This document shows, piece by piece, positions 12,621 through 24,256 of a stretch of 64,000 nucleotides of DNA. The position numbers and the translations under genes are program-made. Position 1 is the stretch's first letter, and each line of letters begins with the position of its first letter. This DNA comes from Chromera velia (taxonomy: Eukaryota). Under the pieces are notes generated by a model. It was not told the origin of the DNA. It did no database searches and saw only the letters and a program-made list of their open reading frames with translations. Location of the stretch: assembly GCA_018398765.1 (NCBI GenBank), contig JAHBMJ010000112.1, forward strand, positions 1 to 64,000, read 5' to 3'.

Positions 12621-15032
12621 GCTTCTCCCCTGGCACCTTTCTTCTCTTTTGATAAATGTGAGAAGATACTGAAGGCAATCGACCCAAAGAAGGCAGCCGG
12701 TATTGAAGGAATCTCCCTTGCACAAGTACATTTATGTTTTTTCTCTTCTTGTCTGTTTCGTTTTCTTCTTTTCATTTTCTTCAATCTTTTTTTCCTTTTT
12801 TCTTTCTGGCCAGAAAAGTGGAACTTCATTCGAATCACTCCTGTTCCAAAAGGTTACGTCTCTCCCTTTTGTGACGAATGGAGGCCCATACATATCGTCT
12901 GCCTTCTGACAAAGTTGTTCACGTTGTTGATGGATGGTCGGTTAAGGGAGATAACGAATATAGATGAACGACAGGTGGGTTTCAGGAAGGAGGTCAGTAC
13001 AAGAGAAGCGATAGCTGCTCTTCATGCTCTCACGGCTTCAGCAAAGAAGAGACACAGACCCCTCCTTATAGCGTTTGTTAACTTTAGTAAGGCATTTGAC
13101 CGAGTACCCACTGGTGGAAAGAAAATGATTGACAGACTTAGAGAGGAAGGGGTCAGCAAGAAGGACGTGTACATAATTCATGCTTTGTATATGAATGTAT
13201 GGGGAAGAGTGGATGGGTCGGATTGGATCTTTCCCGAAAGTGTAGGGGTAAAACAGGAAGATCCACTTTCTCCTCTTCTTTTTCTTTTATTTATTAATAA
13301 TATTCATTCTGCTCTGAGTATTGAAGGGAGGGAAGCTGATAATGGTTTGGATGGGGAATCAGATATGGATGAAAGACAAAGGGGGGGAGAATGCAGAGAG
13401 AGGAGGGAGGAGAATGAAGCAACGGAGCAGTGACCCCACATCCCTGAGGAGGTAAAATTGGCGGACTTACTGCTTAAGAGCATAGGTTACATAGACGATC
13501 TTGTTATTTTTGCTCACTCTTCTTCTGACCTGCGATGGCGTTTGGACCGTTTGGCCTCTTATTATCAGGAACATGGGTTGAAAGTGAATTTAAAGAAAAC
13601 AAAAGTTCTTGCACTCTCAGGCTCAGGAAGGGAAATAGAAGGGGAAGTGATTTTTGAAGGGAAGACAGTTGAACGTGTAGAGAGCTATAAATACCTTGGA
13701 TGTCGTGTGTTTGAGGGAGGGGACCCAAGAAAGTCAGTCAGGGACCGACTTGAAAGTGCTGAACGCTGTTTGGGAGCAGTGATGGGCACTTGTTCATCCT
13801 TAGGTCCTTTGTCCCCTCGATGCAAAGTTCATTTACTGTAGGTGCTCTGGGAGCCGGTGGCAACGTACTCACTGGAAGCCTTGCCGGTAAGTCAGAGAGA
13901 TATCGTTATACTTGATATCACTTGATGCATTGCAGCTTCGATTTATGCACTGGACATTCCGTTTGCCCTATAACTCTTTCAAGGTGCCAACTTTGGTTTC
14001 GGTTGGTATGCATCCTATGAGAGAGATCCTTTCTTGTCAGTTGGGAGGTTTCATAGAAAGCATAAAGAGAACAGAAAGAGAGGTTCCTCGGGCAGTCTGG
14101 GATACATGGCACAGATCGCTAACCCCGGTATGGGCCAATTCAGCCAGTAACATGCTTCAGACAATCGCACCAGATCTTTTGAGAAAAGAAAGCCAGAGAT
14201 GGAGAAACGGAACAAATAAATGGACACGTGTACTCAGGCAGAAAGCGAGGGAAAGGGAAGCCTCAGAATGGTTGTCGGAATGGTTGACTTCAAGACCCGT
14301 TGGCAAGCATAGGCTTACCCGTTCATGTGGCATCTATCCACGCAACTCCCGACTGAGTAATTTTCACATAGAGAACCGATCGCACCAGCGTCTGGCCATG
14401 TTGCTTTTAGAGGGGAGGGTTAGAAGGGGGTGGGGTTACACAGTTCAATTGCGTATCCTGCCTCGCTCTTTCTTGTCTGGTAGTTATCTTTTTACCTCTC
14501 TCCTTCAAGCATGTGCTGGTGGGGGAAAGAGATACAGTGGATCCTGTGAAGAACACTATATTCACTGTCCTGCAGTCGAAGGCAAAAAGGTGATCGACGA
14601 TGCGGTGTATCGATTGTCTGCATGCGTGCGAATAGAGCAGCTTAGATCCAAACTTCACTTGCTGGTAGAAAGAGTGAAAAAGAGAACAGGAATCGGTGAA
14701 AGGGTCTACAGAGTAAGATGGACTGCTGCAGCTGGGGGGAGAGGTATCAGGGAAGAAGAGACATATATAAGAGAGCTCGTTTCATTCATTATGGACCGGG
14801 AGCCGAAGAAGGCAAGTGCACTGATCGAAGCTTGTCTGAAATGAGTGCATGCCCGTCTTGTGTGGTTGTTCTGCTTAGGCTGCGGAGGGTCGTGGTTGTC
14901 CATATTCATGCGGAAGCAGGCTAAACTGCGGCGGTTTGCTCTTTCTGTTTACAACTGCATACATGGGTTACCATTTATCTCTGGTTTCAGAGACCCTAGG
15001 CTTAACCACAATTAAGTAAGTAAGTAGTAAGT
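12621..15032 (+). mobile_element. 5'-truncated, inactivated non-LTR retrotransposon (LINE) with RT domain
   Basis: RT motifs in order: KAAGIEGI, WPEKW..RITPVPK, WRPIHI, QVGFRK, FVNFSKAFDRV, GVKQEDPLSPLLF, YIDD, GLKVNLKKTK, YKYLG. In-frame stops at 13431 and 13839, frameshift near 13900, degenerate C-terminal Cys/His knuckle, (TAAG)n-like tail at 15012-15032. Confidence 0.92.
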
Positions 15033-15217
15033 ATAACAACTGTATAGGTTTATAACACTTTATCTTGCTGAAGTTCTATTCAATATTCATTCATTCAAAC
15101 TCCATTCAATATTTTACTAAAAAATATATTCAACACTACATGTTTATTATTCAGATATTTTTTATTTTTATTCTATATTTTCCATATAGTTTTTAACAGT
15201 GTATGAACAACTATATC

Positions 15218-15479
15218 TTAGGCGCCGCACATAAAAAAAACGAAAAAAAAAAAAAATAGGCGTCCTCAACTTTTTAAAAAAAAATGTCTTTTTTTTTTTA
15301 AGGCCAAAAGTTAGGTTCACATTTTGTGTGGAAAAGTAAGTTTCCGAGTGGAAAGTGATTCTTTTCCTTTTGGAAGCACTTGAAATAAACAAATTAAAAA
15401 TTAGAAAAAAAAAATTAGGCCTTCGAATCCTAACCATAACTTTTTTTTTTCTTTTTTTTTTTTAATGTGCGGCGCCTAG
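15218..15479. mobile_element. MITE, 262 bp, 8-bp TSD (hAT-like)
   Basis: TIR TAGGCGCCGCACAT+A-run / T-run+ATGTGCGGCGCCTA; direct repeat ACTATATC at 15210-15217 and 15480-15487. Confidence 0.85.
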
Positions 15480-17165
15480 ACTATATCCTCCTACAATACT
15501 AGGAATAATCGCAGCAAAAGTTAAACCTTTACAGCACAGGCTGCACAGACGAACACTAGGACGAACAGCAAAATCACGTGCTATTCACATATTCATACGT
15601 AATTATACGCAGGTTGTGTTGCATACAGTGGCAGGTAACACCTGAATTCAATTTAACTCAAATTCAATGAATTTTTAAAGTATTTCGATCGATGTCTGCT
15701 GCTCTGCCGCAGTGCTTAAATCTTGTTCACGTTTCTTTGAGAACTGCGTCTGTCTGTCAGCCAGTGGGTCAGGGCTGTTTTGCCCTGCAGGCCTTTCTCG
15801 TTTGAGCTGCGAACCTGCGTGGTCGATCGATTCTTTCTGCTGTCTGGTGCTCTGCTCTGCTCTGCTCTGCTCTGCTCTTTCTCTCTGTTGTGCCTACCTC
15901 CTTCCATCCTGACGACCCTCTTTACTTACAAAAGCGAAATGAAAGGGAGTGGAGCGAGCGGTCGATGATCCCCGCTCCTTTCTACTTCTGCGAGCTCTTC
16001 TTTTGCGATGGGTGAAGTGTGACGGAGACGGATGTGCGCGAACAAGTGGAACGAGCACTGGATGAAGGAAAGGATGAAAATTTGTGTGTGTCAGGTGTGC
16101 GTCTTCATCTCTGTCAACCGAAAGAAAGAGAAAGGGGGGACGGAAAGAAAGAAAGAAAGAAAGAAAGAAAGAAACAGACGGAAGAAGAAGACGAGAGAGA
16201 GAAGACGGCCAAGCTTGCTAGCAGGGGTCGCCACAGAGGCGAGGAAAAAACCACATCCAGGCAGCAATTTGACGAAACACAGACAGGACGTTGGCGCACG
16301 CAAAAACACCAAGCAAACCAAAAAAACACGCACCCCACGCCATGAATCCAAGAACCACCCGCACCCTGGTACCCCGCCCACCCCCAAATTTTGGTTTCAC
16401 TCACTCAAGAAAAACGTTTCCTCCCTCCCTCTGAAGGGACGCGGAGGGACGCCAACCAACCAAATCTTTTTTGTCTTCGAATCAATGAATTCCGCTGCGA
16501 ACTCGCCAACCAACAAAACCGAAAGAGACGAAGAAGAAGAAGAGAGAGCCAGGCAGAAAGACAGGGAAGAAAAGAAGAAGTCTGCGTATCCTTTCTGTTC
16601 GAGCGCCTCAAAGCGTTCGTTCATTCGAAAGAAAGGAGCAAAAGCCAGAAAAGACAGAAGGCCAGTGTATTAGTTACTTAGCTGTGCACGCCTCGATCAC
16701 GCACACAGATGGGATGAATTCAGCTCGGCAGGAAAAGAACGGTAGAGGGAGAGGGGGTCTGAAGAAACTCTGGGGTCGGAAGAAAGAAAGAAGACACTGG
16801 ACGGATAGAAGAAGTGGGTAGAGCATCACAAAGTGGAAAGGAGGGGTGGAAGAAGACAGAGACCCAACCGGCTGGCGGTCTATCAACATTTCTTTCACCC
16901 ACTCGTTTGACTGTTCAGATCGACATTCCAATGAGTCGACCACAAGGGAAAATTGCCGACACGGCCCACCACCGCATCTCTCCTCTCTATCTCGCCTGGA
17001 GGGGAACTCTGTCTGTCTGTCTCGATTTCCATCCCCCCATCTGCTTTTCCCTCCTCCCCCTCCCCCCCGGTCCCCCTTCACCGCCCTCTCTTCCCCCTCT
17101 CTCGTCTTCTCTCCTCCCCCCCCCCACCCGGACACGACAGGAAGGAAAGCCAGTTAACTGCAAGC

Positions 17166-19689
17166 TTAGAGCTTGTCGTAGAAGTTGTAGAGGTCGGGGA
17201 TGTCCTCCTTCAGGTTCTTTCTCTTTCTGATGTTCTTCACGAGATCCTCCATCTTCCCTCCCTTCTCAAGGGGATCTCCAGACATCTTCTCCCAGTGATC
17301 GAACGAGCACTGAGGGAAGGCCTGACCGGAAGTGGCGGCACGGAGAGCGGTGGTGAATCCGAAGGACTCCGACACGGGAAGGTAGGCCTTGATTTCCATC
17401 AGGGGGGTGCCTCCCTTCTGCTCCTCAATGAACACGTGACCTCTTCTCTGATTGAGAGTAGAGTAGATTCCTCCCACTGCGTCCTGGGGCACAGTGATAT
17501 CGACAAGGAACACGGGCTCCTGGAGACGGGGCTTGGCCGTCAGCTGGGAAGCGTACATGACACGTCGGCATGTGGGGGTGATCTGTCCTGCTCCTCTGTG
17601 GATAGCATCAGCGTGCATGACCACATCGAGAATGTTGAACCTAATGGCTCTCATGTTCTCCTCACACAGGGCACCCTCCTTGGTTGCCCACTGCACAGCG
17701 GCAACGCAGTGCTCCTTGATTTCGTTCATGTACTGCACACCGGTGGTCTTGTCGACCAGAAGGTTGGCACCAGTGGTCTCGGGACCGAAGCACCAGATCT
17801 TGAGGGCATCGTTCTTGTCCCAGTCGTACTTCTCGGCGAGGACCTGCAGGGGGGTAGAAGGCAGAGGAAAGAGACACACACACAAACACGAACAAGGGGC
17901 GGGACAGCAGAGAATGAGGTGGAAATAAATGGAGGTAGGAATTTCCTCCAAGAACACATTGAGCGAGACAGAGAGAGAGGACATTTTTCCGCAAGAAAAA
18001 GACCTCCTGTTTTCTGCTTCTTCAGTCACCTGGCTGGAGGGGAAGTGAACCAACACTGCAGCGCCATAATTAAGGAGTGACTCAGCCGCCAATTTGCTTC
18101 CTCCCGTGCCCGTGTTACATGCTCGCGTTTCCTCCTCTTTTTTGAAAGACCGAGATAGAGAAACCCAAAACGGACAAACAGGCGAATATTCACTCCCGCA
18201 TATCCACTCTCACACTGACTGACTGACTGACTGACCGACTGACCGACCGACTGACTGACTGACCGACTGACCGACTGACCGACTGGCTGACTGACTGACT
18301 GACTGCTTGACTGGCTGACTGACTGGCTGACTGACTGACTGACTGACTGACTGACTGACCTTAGTGCGCTCTTTGGGGTCGTCGTTGGACTTGATGCGTC
18401 CGGCCTCGATGTCGTCAGCGAGTCCATCGGGGAAGGGCTCGGCCTGCAGGCATGATGCATGCCAAGAATGAATTTGCACGCGTGGGGGGGTGAAAGGACT
18501 TCCATCAGGTTCGAATGTGCGAGAGGGGGAACGTTGAGGTCCCTTCCGCCAAAAAAGGAGGAAGAGCCACATCTGCGTAATTGAGCACACTTCTTTAGCG
18601 GTCCTGTTTCTCTTTCACAAAAATGCAGAAAGAGAATTAAGAAGAAACAAAGAAAGGACGCACCTACCTGCATGTACAGACGGTTGTGCTTGTTGGGGGA
18701 CTTGGACAGGCAGGTCATGGAGGAGATCTCGTCAACAGTCTCTCTGTAAGACACCACAGGGTCAGAGACGATGAAGTCAATCTGGGCGTACTCGTCCTTA
18801 AGATCCTTCAGGCAGATCTCAATGTGGAGCTCTCCGCATCCTGCAAAGCAGCAAACCAGAAAGAAAAATAAACATGCATGTGTGAGCGTGTGTGGAAGGA
18901 ACCTGTACACTATTACGACTGGACCAGCGGGACCTGTTTAAGAAAGCTTGCCGGGACACGCCCTCAGAAGAAGCGGGATTTCGGCCAGAAAAGAGAGGGA
19001 ACATGCGCACCACCTCTCATCCCCCGCCCCATGGTGCGAGCAACCCTCCCACGTCCCTCCCCACCTGCGACGATGTGCTCCCCAGACTCCTCCACAGTGC
19101 AGACGACGAGAGGATCGGACTTGGAAAGTCTCTTGAGACCCTCCACAAGCTTGGGCAGCTCCTTCTGGTCCTTGGGCTTCACAGCCACACGCACGACGGG
19201 AGACACGGAGTACTTCATGTCTGCGATGTTGTGGGCATCGTCGAAGGTCGTGAGGGTTCCGGACTTGAGAATGTACTGGTCGACACCCACAAGGGCAGCG
19301 GTGTTACCGGCGGGAATGTCAGCAACCTGCTCGACATATCTGCTCGGCAGGAAATAAAAGAAAAGAAAAGACAGGGAAGGGAAGACGGTGAGAGGGCAGA
19401 GGAAGAGCATGTGAAGAGAAACAAAAGCCCGAGTCTACTCAGTCAGTACTGGATCTCTCCATCGCGGCCTCGAATGCCGAAGAAGAGAAACGAAAGGAAC
19501 TCAGTGAAGGCGGCTTTTCCTTCTTTCCGGGTGGTTGCCTGACTCTGTCAATGCGAGGGGGACTTGTCAGTTGCTTTTTAGCAGAAAGACGGAGCGGGAA
19601 AGACAGTCTGCAACCGAACCACCATACAGAGTGCGTCTGCCAAAAAGCTTTTCTTTTTGTCTGCCTGCGAGAGAGAGTGGACACTTCGA

Positions 19690-19727
<38 letters not shown>

Positions 19728-19935
19728 TCACGACCTACCTTCCCATCATGAGAACAGTGCGCTGAATGTTCTTGATGTAGAGATCATCCTTTCCTCCGGG
19801 GACGTAGTGGGGTCCCTGGATGCGGACCTTCTGGCCAGTGGCGACGGTTCCGGAGAACACACGGCCGAACGCGTAGAAGCGTCCCTTATCAGAGGTGGGA
19901 ACCATCTTGGAGACGTACCTGAAAGGAGGACGGGG

Positions 19936-19977
<42 letters not shown>

Positions 19978-22900
19978 GACAGGCAGTCTAGGCGCTGTGT
20001 TGGTCGTTTGAAAGTCACGCATGATACAACAGACGCAAAAGACAGCGTAGGAAGGGTTTCCTTGAAGGCGTGTCTACAGAGAAAACAAGGAAGCAGAGAC
20101 GACGGGAGAGGAGAGGACTGGCACACACAAAGCAGGGAGAAAGACCGGACTAGGCTGAAAGGGAAAAAACAGACAGACAGACTGAGGCACTGACTGACAT
20201 CATGAGGGGTCCGGCGGGGTCACAGTTTCTGATACCGTTGGCGGCCTCATCGTCCTGGGGGCCCTCGTAGAGCTTCTCGACTCTGTACTTCTGAGCCTTG
20301 GGGGGAGAGGGGAGATGCTGGATAATCATCTCCAGAAGGATATCTCCGGCAGGGAGCCAGATCTGCATGGCTCTCTTGAGGAGGGGCTTGCCTTCCAGGT
20401 TCTTCTCCTCTCCCTTGAGAGTGATGCCCAGAGTGCCGAACATTTTCTCGTATTTCTCCTTGTCGTTGTTCATGATCGCAGTGAACAGCTGGCAGACAGG
20501 GTCCATGATGAACTGGCAGAAGGCACGGCGGAGGGTGACTCCCTCGTGCTCGGCAGTCTGAAGACAAGAAAAGGAACGGTACACACACAGAGACAGGGGT
20601 GCATGTTAGAAAAGGGGAAGAAAGAAACAGACGATACTTGGCAGTCCGAAAAAGCGAAATCGGAGTCAAACAGACAGGAAGAGACAACAGGAAGGCGAAT
20701 GGAAAGAGGGTGACCTTCAAATTTTCTCTCACTGTGCCCCCCAGTCCAACTTACAGAAGACTCCGCATGACACGCATGTCGTGCAAGAGACCCTTACTGG
20801 TCTTTCTTGATGCACTTTTGACAGTCTGGGCGCTGCCTGCCACCCTTCTGTTTCGTTCGTCTGCCTATCCTGACACTTTTTGTTCGCATTTATTCATCAT
20901 CAATGCGAAGAACTGACCTTGACCCACACCTTCTTCTTGGCGTTGAAGAAGTTGTCACCCCAGAGACGCTGCACTCAATCATTCATTCAATCATCCGGTT
21001 GTTCTTTGTTCATTAATTCATTCATTCTTGTGGCACACTTGGTCTTCGTGGTTTGTTTTTTGCTGGCGAGATAAAAAGAGACGGAAAGACCACCGGACAT
21101 ACGAGGGAAAAAAGGGGGACACGAAAAAAAGGGGGTGAGACCGCTGCTTCCTCGTCCGGTGTCACCTTCACGTCGCTCCACCACAGACACACTCCCCTCC
21201 CCCCCCACAACCACACACTTCACACCGACCTCCCTCATCTTCTCGGTGGAGATACCGAACTTCTTGGAGTAGATACGGGCAAAGCTGCAATGATAGTCAG
21301 GTCATCACTTACTCAAAATGCTACTGCTTTACAGCCCCATGGAGAGCAGCGCCAACCCGCCAGGCATGCGATTTAGACAAATGAGGGTCTGAGGCCCAAC
21401 ACATGAGCCACACTGTGAGAAGGCTGACGGAACGAAATTGTTTGTCTACTTAAGTTCCCTTGCTTGCTTTATTGTGCAAGTGTTGATCAAGAAAAGGGGC
21501 GACTGTTCTGCAACAAAGAGAAGAACGCAAAAAGGAACACAAAAACGGACAGACCGCTCAGTGGTGAATGCCCAGCCGTGGAGACCGGAACCGAAAGAGA
21601 CGGTACCCTTGGCGGGGTCGACCTGCACTCAGGAAGCGACACAGTCAGAAAAGAAATGTGTTATGGAAGGAATGGGAGATGCCTTGAAGTCGGCTCCCTT
21701 GAACGGAACTTCACCTCCACGTGGAAGAAGAACGGATGATGATTTGCAAAAACGAAGCACTTGGAAGGGGGGGAGAAAGCAAAAAAACCGCGACTGAAAG
21801 CCCCCGCCAAGATAGAAAAACCTGAGGTCGGTTTCCCTCTCAACCCCGTTACCACTGCAGGGGGTGCGACCAACCAAAGGAAAAGACCCTCGGTCGGTCC
21901 TGATCAAAAAGCTGCCCGGTGCTCGCGGGGAAACAAACGTGAACAGAAAGAACCCCAGAGCCAAGAAAGGAAACCGTATCAATATCTGTATCGACAAACT
22001 GAAAGGCGGATCGAGAGAGAAAGAGAGAGATCGACGGACCATCACATCCTCTCCGAGAGATCCGTCGGAGTAGGTGGAGATGATGACATTGGCGTTCTCG
22101 ATCGCACGAGAGAAGGTCTGCAGTCAGTCAGTCAGTCGGTCAGTCAGTGAGAGGATCCGCTTCAGTCAATTCTGAGCGATCTGGGACGTCATAGGCAACC
22201 ATGGAGGTGGAGGTCTTGGTGCGTCAGTCTTGCCTCCCCAAAAAATCCTAGGCAGATGTTCCCACCCCAACGTCCGCAACACCTGCTACCGATACCCAGA
22301 ACCCACAGCCCAGACCCCCAGCCTCCTCCTCAGAAGGTAGTCCTGCTACCCGTCGGCAAAACCAACCCGCGAACCGAAGGGATGTGACCTCAAAACCAGA
22401 AGCAGCCCTGTCAGAGACCTGGACTCCGCTACCCCACCCATGCTCTCATCAAGTACATCCCCTCTCCGTCTCTCTCCCGGTAGGGGAGGAAGCCTCGGCA
22501 AGCAAAAATTGGAAGGCGACCGATCCGGAGCCGATGCAAAGAAGCGTTAACGCCTGCGACGCCCAACTGTCTCTCAACAAAGAAAACTCACCCCACCAGA
22601 AAGCACAAAACCTCTTGCACGCATGTACACGTTGCGCTATGCACGGCGCAAGCACACGTGCCCACACGCAGACACTCACATTGGGGAGGAGGAGTGAGGG
22701 AGGGAAAGCGGAACCGATAGGAAGGGCGAGAAAGGGAGGCAGAGAGCGAGAGAGAAGGGAGGGGGAGGGGAAGAGAGAGGGGGGGTTCTATGGAGGTAGA
22801 GGGTGAGTGACCCACCTGGTACATATCCTCTCCGTCCATCTGCAACTCGAGAAGAGCTCTGTCGACCTTGTTCACGTGGAGCACAGGCTTGATGCGCTCA

Positions 22901-23524
22901 GTGAGGGCCTGACGGAGCACAGTCTCGGTCTGCACGCAGACACCCTCGACGCAGTCAACCACGACAAGGGCACCGTCAGTGACACGGAGGGCAGCAGTGA
23001 CTTCGGAGGAGAAGTCAACGTGCCCGGGGGAGTCGATAAGGTTGATAAGGAAAGGAGCCATCTCGCCGGTCTCCTTGATGTCCATTTCGTAGTACATGGA
23101 GATACCGGTAGACTTGATGGTAATGCATCGCTCCTGCTCATCGGCACGAGTATCGGTAAAGCGAGCATCACCTGCAGCCTTTGCTGAGATGATACCAGCC
23201 TTGGACACCAGAGAGTCGGTGAGAGTAGACTTTCCGTGATCGACGCTGCACACAGAGAGAAGAACATAGAAGGAAGAAAGGAAGACAGTCCACACTAGTC
23301 CTGAAGCACCGACGAAGGGGCGTTGGGAGCAGGGGTTCGATTTGACTTACTGAGCAATGACACTCATGTTACGGATCGAGTCCGTCTTGGACATGAGCTC
23401 ACGCATCTGGTCGACTGTGAAGTTCACCTGCAGGGAACAGGGGGGGGAAGGGGGGGGGCAACACGATCATGAGCATACGATTCAAAGAGTGTCGTGGGAG
23501 AAGTAGAGGGAGGCGACTGACCAT
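17166..23524 (-). CDS. EEF2: Translation elongation factor 2 (13 exons)
   Basis: ATG-only first exon (23524-23522), then [112 protein letters not shown], diphthamide loop [12 protein letters not shown], ending ...NFYDKL*. Confidence 0.98.
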
Positions 23525-23774
23525 CTTGGCAAGAGGGCGGAGGTGGGGTTAGGACGTGTGAAAGGAGGGAAAGAAACCGACGAGGGATACCCAAGACGGT
23601 AGATCGACAACCAAAACACAAAGCAGAGCAGTCAGACACGAAAAACTCGATTAGCCGAGGTAACTCAGACTCCACTCTACTTTGATATCTCTCTAGGTAG
23701 ACAGATCTGCACTGGATCACCTCTCTCTTCTTATTGATCGGCTTAGAAGTGGTGAGCCGTCTCCAAAAGTCGGT

Positions 23775-23902
23775 CCCCGGAAAGCGAAATGGGTCGGAAA
23801 TGTATGGAAGTTGCTGTATCGGACCGACTTTCCGGGGCCACCAAAGCTCTCCCTCAGCAACATTGAATGGAGGGCTCAAAAACCGAAACCGCGCATGCAT
23901 GT
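23775..23902. promoter_or_regulatory. Putative bidirectional promoter module between EEF2 and the glycosyltransferase
   Basis: CCCCGGAAAGCG (23775-23786), CGACTTTCCGGGGCC (23825-23839), GCATGCATG (about 23893). Confidence 0.5.
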
Positions 23903-24256
23903 ACGCGGGTCCGGCCCGAAAGGCTGTTTTTTCGGTCCATGCACTGTGACGCACGCTCGATATACGCGGCGGCGCGGGACCATGCGGGACCCCGAGGGCC
24001 CGCATATGGGCCCTGCTTGAAGCCTTCAGAAGTCTCATGCAGCCATATCTTCGCCATGCAACATGCATGTCTGAGGACGTCCAAGAGATGCCCTCATCCA
24101 TGAGAGACGTTTTTTATTGCTCGAGCAGAGCGCTCCATAACCGCTTACTTTGTACAGTCTGTGCATTGCCGGGAGCAGACTCTTGGCGGACGTTCTGTGA
24201 GCAACAGGAGACAGGATACCGAATCATCATATTCATAATTTCAACTTTCACTAGAA

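Noticed and set aside
16953..18080. 375-aa plus-strand ORF
   Set aside because: Antisense shadow of the EEF2 last exon, produced by codon bias.
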